From: a virus
Lineage: Duplodnaviria; Caudoviricetes
Strand: one strand, 5' to 3'
IMG/VR virus record: IMGVR_UViG_3300034388_000042
Span: 1 to 41,847 of that record
Length of the DNA stretch: 41,847 bases
Shown piece after piece: positions 16,999 to 24,731 of this stretch. The position numbers and the translations under genes were made by a program. Under the pieces are notes generated by a model. The model had not been told where the DNA came from, searched no databases, and was given only the letters and a program-made list of their open reading frames with translations. Within the stretch, counting starts at the first letter, position 1, and every line of letters starts with the position of its first letter.

Positions 16999-17520
16999 TC
17001 CGGTGATCGACCGCCGGAGTTCGGCGATCCGCTGCTCGTCGAAGCGGTCCCGGACGCGGCCGGTGCCGACCTGCTTGGCGATGGCGCGGAAGAACGCCGC
17101 TTCGAGCCGGGCTGACTTCGCGTCCGCGTCGTACTCGCTGGCCACGTACAGCAGCTCGGGTTTGAGCAGATCCCCGAGCGGCTTGCGGGTCTGCTGCTCG
17201 TCGACCACGTACCGGACGGCGAGGAATTCGCCGACGTCGCCGCGGTCACCGGCGTCCGCGAACGCTGACCGGGCGATACCCCGCCGGGCGGCACCCCGGG
17301 CGGACCGGTCGATCTGGCCGAGCGCCTCCCGGACGAAGCTCGTAGCGCCTAGGTCGAGCCAGCCAGAGAGCAGGCCGGGGTCGGTGGCGCGCAACTTCGC
17401 AACAATCCTGGCCGCGACGACCGGTGCTGCGTCGCCTACCTGCATCTCCGCGTCGAGGATGACGCGCATCTCCGCGGCGTAGTCGCGCTCGTGGGTCTCG
17501 GGGACCGGGAGCGCGGTCAT
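16996..17520 (-). CDS. Unknown helical protein directly upstream of the array
   Basis: ATGA overlap with the HTH gene; its TGA forms the first array boundary (TGAC). Confidence 0.7.
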   Translation of the reverse strand: MTALPVPETHERDYAAEMRVILDAEMQVGDAAPVVAARIVAKLRATDPGLLSGWLDLGATSFVREALGQIDRSARGAARRGIARSAFADAGDRGDVGEFLAVRYVVDEQQTRKPLGDLLKPELLYVASEYDADAKSARLEAAFFRAIAKQVGTGRVRDRFDEQRIAELRRSITG

Positions 17521-17792
17521 GCCGACGCCTTGCGCTGGACTCCGGCGAGCCAGGCGACGTCGCAACCGGTGGCGTGAGAGATGGCCTCACAGGCGGAGAT
17601 CAGGTTGCGGGGCGTGCGGCCCCGTTCCCACTCGCTCCAGGTGACCTGGGCGATTCCGCAGGTGACGGCGGCCTTCTTCATGTTCCACCCCATGCGCTGC
17701 CGCACGAGGGCCAGCCGGGCACCGAACGTCGAGGCGTCGGCTACCCAGGCCTCCTCATCGGGAGTCGTGCACTGCATCGGTTGGGATGTCAT
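17517..17792 (-). CDS. XRE-family HTH regulator in the Cro position
   Basis: FGARLALVRQRMGWNMKKAAVTCGIAQVTWSEWERG...TGCDVAWL; first gene of the early operon. Confidence 0.85.
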   Translation of the reverse strand: MTSQPMQCTTPDEEAWVADASTFGARLALVRQRMGWNMKKAAVTCGIAQVTWSEWERGRTPRNLISACEAISHATGCDVAWLAGVQRKASA

Positions 17793-17798
17793 AGGTGA

Positions 17799-17879
17799 GT
17801 TCTACCTGCTCACGCACAGTCGTGTCAAGCACGAGTAAACTGCGTGCTATTGACCAACACTCGTGTGATGCGCGACGGT
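17799..17879. promoter_or_regulatory. Divergent promoter/operator region (genetic switch)
   Basis: Minus strand TTGACA (17828-17823), 18 nt, TAGAAC (17804-17799). Plus strand TTGACC (17850-17855), 18 nt, GACGGT. Both ATGs lie ~6 nt downstream (leaderless style). Several CACG/CGTG inverted repeats. Confidence 0.6.
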
Positions 17880-17885
17880 TGGCGC

Positions 17886-17945
17886 ATGACCATACAACCG
17901 GCTGAGCGTGGCTGGATCCCCAGCGACGATGCATTCGGGGCACGA
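17886..17945 (+). pseudogene. N-terminal stub of the immunity repressor
   Basis: MTIQPAERGWIPSDDAFGAR aligns with MTSQP...WVADASTFGAR of the divergent HTH gene; similarity then stops before the HTH. Confidence 0.7.
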
Positions 17946-18008
17946 GGCCGGCTGCAGTCGTCCAGGCGACGGCCAGATGCGGGGCGCGCTCTCGCAGGGC
18001 ATCCAGGG

Positions 18009-18152
18009 TCACGAGCGGCCACCGGACATCCGGACGCCGAGGGCGCACCCGATGACGATCAGGGTGGCACCGGCGGGCAGGCCGCGCGCCAGGAGTTCCT
18101 CCTGGTAGGCGAGCAGATCATCGACGTCCTGCATGACCTGCGCGGTGCTCAT
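18009..18152 (-). CDS. Small hypothetical protein (47 aa)
   Basis: GAGAGGA RBS; ATGA overlap; MSTAQVMQDVDDLLAYQEELLARGL. Confidence 0.45.
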   Translation of the reverse strand: MSTAQVMQDVDDLLAYQEELLARGLPAGATLIVIGCALGVRMSGGRS

Positions 18153-18442
18153 GGCGTCCTCTCAGTGCTGCGGTCGTCGCCGGCCTGGGTGCGCCAGCGG
18201 CGGACGGTACGGGGATCGACGCCGAACATCTCGGCGCCGATCCGGTCGATCTCCCCGGGCTCGAGCAACCCGGCGTCGACCTGCCGGCGGGCCCACGCCA
18301 TCCGCGTCTCGTGAGGGTGGCGCGCCTGCGGGTCCACCGGCTCACGGTCTGGATGCGGAGGCAGTTTCCCGGGAGCGGCCAGGGGCCTGACCAGGGGGGC
18401 AGCGGGCCGCAGCGGACCGGCCTGGACATCGGGGGTGGACAT
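18149..18442 (-). CDS. Small HTH protein
   Basis: IGAEMFGVDPRTVRRWR recognition-helix motif. Confidence 0.5.
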   Translation of the reverse strand: MSTPDVQAGPLRPAAPLVRPLAAPGKLPPHPDREPVDPQARHPHETRMAWARRQVDAGLLEPGEIDRIGAEMFGVDPRTVRRWRTQAGDDRSTERTP

Positions 18443-18538
18443 CCGGTCCCCGGTGTCCGGGTCATCGGCGTCTGTGCCCTCTGGGCTGGGGGAATCGTGC
18501 TCGCACCAGCGATGTCCACCCATCCTGCAGGCGATGCC

Positions 18539-18712
18539 CAGTTCCCTGCCGGCCAGGTACACCTCGGACCAGTCGAGGCCCGCGATCTCGGCGGCGCGCA
18601 GGCCGGCGAACGCGCCGAGGGCCAGCAGGGCGCGCATCGCGTCGTCGGCACTGTCCAGGGCGATGGACAGCGCCTCGTCGGTGATGGGCCGGGGCAGGAG
18701 CCGTGGGGTCTT
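18539..18712 (-). pseudogene. Tyrosine integrase fragment (box I only)
   Basis: KTPRLLPRPITDEAL...ALLALGAFAGLRAAEIAGLDWSEV. No N-terminal domain, HxxR or catalytic Tyr seen. Confidence 0.8.
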
Positions 18713-18749
18713 CGAGCTCGGCCTCTGACCGGGGCCCAAACGCACGAGA

Positions 18750-18780
18750 CGCCCCCACCTCCGCGAGGGAGGTGGGGGCG
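18750..18780 (-). terminator. Intrinsic terminator-like hairpin closing the late operon
   Basis: 13-bp stem CGCCCCCACCTCC/GGAGGTGGGGGCG with a 5-nt loop, followed on the minus strand by TCTCGTGCGTTT. Confidence 0.65.
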
Positions 18781-18856
18781 ATCGCCGCCCGGCTGCCCGC
18801 CAACACCGGGCGCCGTCCGGACCGGGAGCACCGGACGGCGGTCAGGGGGAGATTAC

Positions 18857-18896
18857 TTGACATCATGTATTGGGTGCGCCAGAATAAGTGATGTCA
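18857..18896 (+). promoter_or_regulatory. Promoter with inverted-repeat operator
   Basis: TTGACA (18857-18862), 17 nt, CAGAAT (18880-18885); TGACATCA (18858-18865) and TGATGTCA (18889-18896). Confidence 0.7.
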
Positions 18897-18927
18897 GGAA
18901 ATCGGAGCGAGACACCGGGAGCAGATC

Positions 18928-19173
18928 ATGAGCAAGCTGGCCATCACCCTCAGCACCCCGCAGGCCGAGTACATCCGCGAGACTCTTGCCCCGGTCGCGA
19001 AGGTCGAGTTCTGGGACGGCGCCCAGGCTGGCGAGCAGAGGATTGCCCTCGGCGACGCAGCGCGCGCCCACCTGGAGAGCCTGCCCGAGGATTCTGACGG
19101 GTACCTCGACAGCGAGGGCCGGATCTGGATCGGCGGCACGGACTACCAGGCCGAAGCGATCCGCAACGCCTGA
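18928..19173 (+). CDS. Small acidic hypothetical protein (moron-like)
   Basis: GGGAG RBS, own promoter, opposite strand to its neighbours. Confidence 0.7.
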   Translation: MSKLAITLSTPQAEYIRETLAPVAKVEFWDGAQAGEQRIALGDAARAHLESLPEDSDGYLDSEGRIWIGGTDYQAEAIRNA

Positions 19174-19394
19174 TGACCACCGAACCGATTGCCCCCGAGC
19201 CGCCCAGGCGCGGCCGGGGGCAGCCTCGTCGGGTCGAGCGCCGGATCTCGATCGGCTTCCCTGCCGACCTACTCGCCGAGCTGGAGGCGCTGCGGGAGTC
19301 CGGCGCCATCCCGAGCATCAGCGCCGAGGTGGTCCGGCGCTGCCGGGCCACGCCAGCACCCGAGTCTGCGCCGGGACGCCGACCGGTTGCGTGA
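19173..19394 (+). CDS. Ribbon-helix-helix DNA-binding protein
   Basis: RRGRGQPR then RISIGFPADLLAELEAL...SISAEVVRR; TGATG coupling. Confidence 0.65.
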   Translation: MTTEPIAPEPPRRGRGQPRRVERRISIGFPADLLAELEALRESGAIPSISAEVVRRCRATPAPESAPGRRPVA

Positions 19395-19545
19395 GCGGCC
19401 CGTGCGGGATCTCCCGGCGCCAGACCGGCGGCGGGTCGGGGCTCGTGCCGAGCTCGGCGACGTCCGGACCCCACGCCGTGCCCGTCCACCAGCGCAACAC
19501 CAGGCCGCCCGGCGCGACCCGCCACCTGGGCTCGTCCTCGGTCAC
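19318..19545 (-). CDS. Small protein with DUF2510-like RWWxGxxW motif
   Basis: APGGLVLRWWTGTAWGP; overlaps the 3' end of the RHH gene. Confidence 0.35.
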   Translation of the reverse strand: MTEDEPRWRVAPGGLVLRWWTGTAWGPDVAELGTSPDPPPVWRREIPHGPLTQPVGVPAQTRVLAWPGSAGPPRR

Positions 19546-19630
19546 CGCAACGCCAGGGCGACGACCAGCACCGCCAGGACCAAGCCCAGCGCACCGGTCA
19601 CCGCGATCACCGCGGCGGCGCGTAGGGGAC

Positions 19631-19948
19631 TCACGTCAGCTGGTCCGGATCGCGCCGCGACTCCCTGACGGTCCGGTCGAAGTCGAGCATCCCGGACGTG
19701 ACCGTCAGCGGGATCTCGACATCGCCAGCCCGCGAGTAGGACGGCGCCGACGCCAGCCCGAGCAGCCACCCGAACCGGGGCGACACGTAGCGCTCAAGCA
19801 GCCGGACGACCGCGTAGTAGCCGCCGGCCACCAGCAGGCCGGCGACCAGCGAGATGTCCTCCGGCGTCCAGCCGGCCCACGCGGTCAGCGTCGGACCGGC
19901 CCAGGCCACCAGCAGGGGCACGAGGGTGCGCAGGAGCGAGGCGAGCAT
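19631..19948 (-). CDS. Putative holin
   Basis: Two hydrophobic segments; SLLRTLVP...YYAVVRLLE...GWLLG; GGAGGA RBS; lies in the lysis cassette. Confidence 0.7.
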   Translation of the reverse strand: MLASLLRTLVPLLVAWAGPTLTAWAGWTPEDISLVAGLLVAGGYYAVVRLLERYVSPRFGWLLGLASAPSYSRAGDVEIPLTVTSGMLDFDRTVRESRRDPDQLT

Positions 19949-19959
19949 GAGTCCTCCGG

Positions 19960-20346
19960 TCAGTCCAATTCGTCGGTGGGGTCGGGTGCGGGCCGGACCT
20001 TGCTACCCAGGCTGGCGCGCGCATGATCGGACAGGTGCCGAGTCAGCCAGGCGTTCGTGCGGACCTGGCGCTCGCCCAAGCCCTCAACCTGCTGGGTCAG
20101 TCCGGCGACGGCCCGCTCGATCCGATCCAGGGTTGCCGTCGTCTCGGCGGCGTACCCGTTGCCGGTCGGGCGGGCCAGCTCGCGCGCCTCGACGGCCGCC
20201 TCGTTGGCGTTCTCCGCGTGCTCGCGGGCCTCTCCAACGTCCCGTTTGGTGGCGTTGATCCGGGCGACTCCGACAGTGGAGATGGCGGCCGCGATGGCCG
20301 AGACGACTACCCCGACCGCGGTCCACGCCTCAGGGGACAGGCTCAC
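19960..20346 (-). CDS. Lysis-cassette membrane protein (TM plus coiled coil)
   Basis: N-terminal TM helix, PTGNGYA motif, heptads, ends with HLSDH. Confidence 0.65.
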   Translation of the reverse strand: MSLSPEAWTAVGVVVSAIAAAISTVGVARINATKRDVGEAREHAENANEAAVEARELARPTGNGYAAETTATLDRIERAVAGLTQQVEGLGERQVRTNAWLTRHLSDHARASLGSKVRPAPDPTDELD

Positions 20347-21149
20347 GCGCCCGGCGTGCGCGCCGGCGCAGCGTCAAGCTTGGCCTCGATCCGGTCCAGG
20401 CGGGCCAGGACCTCGCTGAGCGCGTCCGTGATGACCATGAGGTTGCCGGGCTTCTTCGGGTCCGGCTGGTCAGGATTGTGGACGCGGTAGAGGGCCTCTT
20501 CTCCGCCGGTGATGACCCCGGCGATCGCCTCGAGGGACTCGCGGGTCAGGTTGACGTTGGGCATGGCGCCTCCTGCGGCGAGCTTGATGATCCGGGCGAC
20601 GTCGAGCGCCCCGGGGTCGCGGTGGTCGTTCTGCGGGGCGTGCTGATGGCCGAGGACACCCCGGTAGGCGTCGTAGGCGATGTCGGTCAGCCGCTGCGAC
20701 TCCCCCGGCGCGTTGTAGGCGCGCCAGATCACCGTGGAGGTCAGGGGCATCCCCCACTGCGTGTGCAGCCACGCCAGCAGGTCGGCGACACCCTGCAACG
20801 CCCAATCTGGTGCACTCGGCCAGTACAGGCCCGGGCCGCCGGGGACGCACGTCCCGACGAGCTCCACCTGCACCACGTGGTCCCCGTTGGTCGGCTGGGT
20901 CCTGGTGTGCAGCAGTGCTCGGCTGGACATGTTGATCGGGAAGTGGCCACGCCAGTCGACCCGCTTCGCGGCGAGGTCGGGGCGGCCGGTCAGGTTCGGG
21001 GCACTGGCGCCGCCGGCGTAATCCGGCCACCCGGATCCCTCCGTCGTGTGCAGAAGGAGCTTCTCTAAGCCCGTGAAGACGAGCCCCGGGTAGAGCTTGT
21101 CGAATCGCTGCACGACGTTGTCGGCGAGCGGGTAGAGGGCAGGCGGCAC
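20343..21149 (-). CDS. Endolysin, N-acetylmuramoyl-L-alanine amidase type
   Basis: LLLHTTEG, QVELVG, GHQHAPQNDHRDPG Zn-amidase motifs. Confidence 0.85.
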   Translation of the reverse strand: MPPALYPLADNVVQRFDKLYPGLVFTGLEKLLLHTTEGSGWPDYAGGASAPNLTGRPDLAAKRVDWRGHFPINMSSRALLHTRTQPTNGDHVVQVELVGTCVPGGPGLYWPSAPDWALQGVADLLAWLHTQWGMPLTSTVIWRAYNAPGESQRLTDIAYDAYRGVLGHQHAPQNDHRDPGALDVARIIKLAAGGAMPNVNLTRESLEAIAGVITGGEEALYRVHNPDQPDPKKPGNLMVITDALSEVLARLDRIEAKLDAAPARTPGA

Positions 21150-21150
21150 G

Positions 21151-24100
21151 TCAGGCCTCCATCAGGGTGAAGTCGTCGAAGTCCACCGTCTTGCTGACGG
21201 CGGTGCCGTCCTGGACCGCGAGCAGGCCGACGTACCCGTCGGCCACCAGACCGGTATCGGTGGCCTGCAGCTGCCAGCCGGCGGGCTCGCTGCCGGCGGC
21301 CGCCCACACCTTCGCGCCATGCCAGCCGGACACGTTGACGATCCGGACCTTGTACGCAGTGGCTGCCGAAAGCGCGATCGCTGCGCTGGCCAGGGTGTTC
21401 GCCGGTCCGCCCTGCCGCTTGAGGATGACCGTGCCGCTCGTGTCGAGCTGCAGGTAGTAGCCGGCGGTGAACCCCGAGTCGTACCGGTAGAGGATCCGTG
21501 CGGTGCTGGCCGCGTCGTTGAGCGTGACCGTGATCGTCTCGTGGAACGTCGGGTACGGCCCGGTGTTCAGCGTCGCGTAACTGGTGACACCCGCGGTCGT
21601 CCCGGGGCTGATGCGCCCCCGGTTGGTCTGGATCGTGATGGCTCCGCCGGAGCCGGCGTGCGCCGTCCACTGCGCCGGCCAGGCCGCGCCGTTGCTGCCG
21701 GTCCACGTCTCGGTCGCGTAGGTGGTCAGCGCGACGGGCGTGGTGTCCATGGTGAGCGTGACGTAGTCGGGGTGGTAGGCCTCCTCCCAGCCCTGCACGT
21801 GATGGTCACGGGTCGGCAGGCCAAAGTGCGAGGTCGGCACCCAGGTCCGGATCCGCTGCAGCGGGAACAGGCCGCCGAGGGTGCCTGACTCGCTCAGCAG
21901 GACGTCCGTGTGGTCAGTCTGCGGGGCGACCAGGTCAAGGGTCACCTTGCTGATTCGGGTGCCACCCGCGCCGTCCGCGAGGATCTGGCCGGCCAGGGTC
22001 TGCGCGGCCGCCTGTGTCGCGGCGTAGCACTCGTAGGACTTGGAGCGGGTGATCCCGCCGGCCTCGGCGGCCTGGTCGACGGCGAGTGCCTTGCCGCCGG
22101 GCCAGGTCATCTCGATGCGCGTCGGGCGCTGGTCCACGCCGCGATCGAGGCTGGGCGAACCGATGCAGTCGGTATCCAGGTCGATGACGGCCACCGGGAC
22201 GGAGGGCCTGACCCCGCCGTCGGCGAAGGCAGCCACGATGTGCCCATCCCAGGGCCGGGCCCACGCGACGCCCCGACCCGTCCGCATCACGGCCTGGAGA
22301 TCCTGTAGGGCATATTTGCCTGCCGTCGTCCCCATCATGGCGGCTGCTGTTGCCGTCCCGGCCGAATTCCACGAGACCGGGAGTCGGGACGTGAATCCGG
22401 TCAGCCACTGCCACCTGAGGAACAGTGACGTGACGCTCCCGGCAGTCCAGTGCGTGTACCAGGAATGGCCGACGACATTCGTCGTCCCGCCCTTGACGTT
22501 CAGGCTCGCCCATGACCCGTTGACCTTTGGGGCCACTGCACCGGGCAGGTTGACGTATCTGGTTCCGCGCATGTCGACGGCGGCGGACAGGACTCCGGCA
22601 CTTGATCCACCGTAGATCTGCGCCGATGCCGTCGTGGTCGTTGACGAGTTCAATCCACCGGTTGGAAAGATTTCGACCCGTACCCACTGCCCGAACGGAA
22701 CGTTGTTCATGAGGCCAAGGTTCGTCGTGAATGCCGCGTTCATGAGGAACAGGGCATTCACGGTGCCGTTCTTAGCTATGGCGACGTGGCAGATGTTGGT
22801 GAAGCCGTTGTCCTGCAGGGACCCGATGCAGTACGCATTCGCATCCGGGATGAGCTTCTCCGGCGTCTTGAACATGAACTCGACGTAGCGGGTGTTCGGC
22901 TGCGTGTGAAGAAGCGTTTCGCTGACGTCGCCGTCATCGTTGACCTGCGCTGTGGCCATCCCCTCCGCTGAGATGTCCGAGTCGGGCGCGCCGAACTCCA
23001 GGTTCGGCCAGGTCGTCGACGTCGCACCCGTCGTCCCGCCCGGGGAGGCATCCTCGCTGTAGTTCGTGCCGATCGAAACAGTTCCGTTCGTTTCCCCCAC
23101 GAACTCCACGGCATCCACCGTGAACCCGTCGACGACGCCGCGGTAGATGGCCTCCTCGACCGACGGTGACCGTAGCTTCTTCTGCGCCAGCAGGCCGAGC
23201 GCATCAGTGGCGAGGATGGTGACGGTGGTCTTGTTCGTGTGATCGGACGGGAACTCAGGCCGAATGTCCTGGATCCATCCCGTGAACCTAGTGAAGGCGG
23301 AGGATCCCTTGGTGACGCTCCACCGGATCCGTTTCCCCTCCACGAAATTGGGATGATACGCAGCGAACGGATTGTCTGGCATGAGGTCGCCATCAACGTT
23401 GCTGAGGACGCACGTCATGGTGGCGGCGCCGACGTCATCGAACGGTGTCGGACGGCCCTGCCGGATCCGCAGCGGACCGGACCTGAATTCCGTGCGTGAG
23501 GTGAAGTCCGTCCACACCCCGGCTGTCAACTCGATCTCGAGGGTGCCGACGAACAGGTGCGAGAGCACCGTCAGCGCGCTCGTCATCGTCATCGCGGTGG
23601 AGCTGGCCCCGGTGAACGCGGCGCCCAGCAGCAGCCCACCGGTCATGGTCATCGTCTCGGCCAGCGTGCCGGTCAAGCTCGTCGAGACCCGCGCGAACGT
23701 GGCGATCGCACCGGACATCTGGTCTGCGGTCGCCGTGTGGGTGTGGGTGGTCTCCTTCGTGGAGCCGCCGGCCGTCGACGAGAGCCAGCCGACCGCGATC
23801 CCGCCCAGGCCAGAGTTCGCCCACCCGAACAGCCCGACGTAGGAGTTCGACCAGGACTGCGAGCCGCTGCCGGACGAGCCGGAGTCGATGGCGAAGAAAC
23901 CGATCGCCGCGCACGTCTGCGCCGGGTCCGCGGCGGTGCCCGAGGACCAGGACGTGACGGTGCTCTCGTCCGTGGTGTGGGTCGCTGTGCTGATGACCTG
24001 CCAGCTGCCGGACCCGGAGTCGGCGAACTCCCCAACCCAGGCGGTATCCCCGCTGGTGCTCGCCGAGGACCGGCTGACCGTGACGGTCGTCTCCCCGCCG

Positions 24101-24321
24101 GTCGCGACCTTGTATCCGACATATGTCGAGACGCTGGTGGAGGAATGCGAGACCAGTGCGGTGAACCCGGCCGGCGGCGTGATGGTGCCCGCCGACTTGT
24201 CCAGGCCCGCGGCAAACCAGATCAGGTTCCCGGCAGTCGCACCGCTCGACAGGGTGGCCGAGACGCTCGTCGAGGACGCCGCCGACGTCCCGGACGCCGC
24301 CTGAACGTTGGTGATGGCCAC
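21151..24321 (-). CDS. Large multidomain minor tail protein
   Basis: After the TMP. WTDFTSR...IRQGR...TCVLSNVDG...RFTGWI baseplate-like segment, Ser/Thr-rich N-terminal domain, lectin-like C-terminus (AKVW..GSEP.GW...DDF). Confidence 0.75.
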   Translation of the reverse strand: MAITNVQAASGTSAASSTSVSATLSSGATAGNLIWFAAGLDKSAGTITPPAGFTALVSHSSTSVSTYVGYKVATGGETTVTVSRSSASTSGDTAWVGEFADSGSGSWQVISTATHTTDESTVTSWSSGTAADPAQTCAAIGFFAIDSGSSGSGSQSWSNSYVGLFGWANSGLGGIAVGWLSSTAGGSTKETTHTHTATADQMSGAIATFARVSTSLTGTLAETMTMTGGLLLGAAFTGASSTAMTMTSALTVLSHLFVGTLEIELTAGVWTDFTSRTEFRSGPLRIRQGRPTPFDDVGAATMTCVLSNVDGDLMPDNPFAAYHPNFVEGKRIRWSVTKGSSAFTRFTGWIQDIRPEFPSDHTNKTTVTILATDALGLLAQKKLRSPSVEEAIYRGVVDGFTVDAVEFVGETNGTVSIGTNYSEDASPGGTTGATSTTWPNLEFGAPDSDISAEGMATAQVNDDGDVSETLLHTQPNTRYVEFMFKTPEKLIPDANAYCIGSLQDNGFTNICHVAIAKNGTVNALFLMNAAFTTNLGLMNNVPFGQWVRVEIFPTGGLNSSTTTTASAQIYGGSSAGVLSAAVDMRGTRYVNLPGAVAPKVNGSWASLNVKGGTTNVVGHSWYTHWTAGSVTSLFLRWQWLTGFTSRLPVSWNSAGTATAAAMMGTTAGKYALQDLQAVMRTGRGVAWARPWDGHIVAAFADGGVRPSVPVAVIDLDTDCIGSPSLDRGVDQRPTRIEMTWPGGKALAVDQAAEAGGITRSKSYECYAATQAAAQTLAGQILADGAGGTRISKVTLDLVAPQTDHTDVLLSESGTLGGLFPLQRIRTWVPTSHFGLPTRDHHVQGWEEAYHPDYVTLTMDTTPVALTTYATETWTGSNGAAWPAQWTAHAGSGGAITIQTNRGRISPGTTAGVTSYATLNTGPYPTFHETITVTLNDAASTARILYRYDSGFTAGYYLQLDTSGTVILKRQGGPANTLASAAIALSAATAYKVRIVNVSGWHGAKVWAAAGSEPAGWQLQATDTGLVADGYVGLLAVQDGTAVSKTVDFDDFTLMEA

Positions 24322-24324
24322 GGG

Positions 24325-24696
24325 TCAGGTGGCCCGCGGTGCGGACACGACGAGACCAGACACCACCAGGTCATCGCCGTTGATCACGGCTCGGCTGGCG
24401 GTGAAGGCGAACGAGCCGCGGAAGGTCCCACCGGACGACGCCGACCAGAACGCGCCATGGCTGATGGTCTGCGACCCGCCCGCCCAGCTGGTGAGCGTGG
24501 CCGTGCCGGTCTGCGTCGCGCTGCCGGCGGATGCGGCCGGGAAGGCCACCGCGATCCGGGTGGTTGACCCTGCCGTGTTCGATGCGCCGGACGCACCGGG
24601 GTCGCCGATGTAGAACTGCAGGTATCCGCCGCCTGCCGCCCCGGTGACCGAGTCGACGAAGGCGTTCGCGTTCGTGGCGGACGGGCCGAGACCCAT
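24325..24696 (-). CDS. Small minor tail/fibre-associated protein
   Basis: YIGDPG...TISHGAFWSASSGGTF...GD pattern; GGAGG RBS. Confidence 0.65.
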   Translation of the reverse strand: MGLGPSATNANAFVDSVTGAAGGGYLQFYIGDPGASGASNTAGSTTRIAVAFPAASAGSATQTGTATLTSWAGGSQTISHGAFWSASSGGTFRGSFAFTASRAVINGDDLVVSGLVVSAPRAT

Positions 24697-24731
24697 GCTG
24701 ACCTCCCTGGTGCGTGATGGTGGCTGGGTCT

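Noticed and set aside
15827-16999. 390-aa ORF with a Pro-rich N-terminal extension spanning the array
   Set aside because: The period is 5 nt rather than 3, C-rich DNA rarely contains stops (a second frame is also open), and a strong GAAAGGA RBS precedes GTG 16501. The ATGA overlap at 16996-16999 means some translation cannot be fully excluded.
17844-18314. Intact plus-strand repressor
   Set aside because: Similarity ends at 17945; the remainder is the antisense of minus-strand ORFs and has no HTH.
18149-18745. Functional integrase
   Set aside because: Only the box I region is present, and the rest of the ORF is unrelated sequence.
21151-21700. Diversity-generating retroelement acting on the tail protein
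   Set aside because: No reverse transcriptase and no template/variable repeat pair seen.
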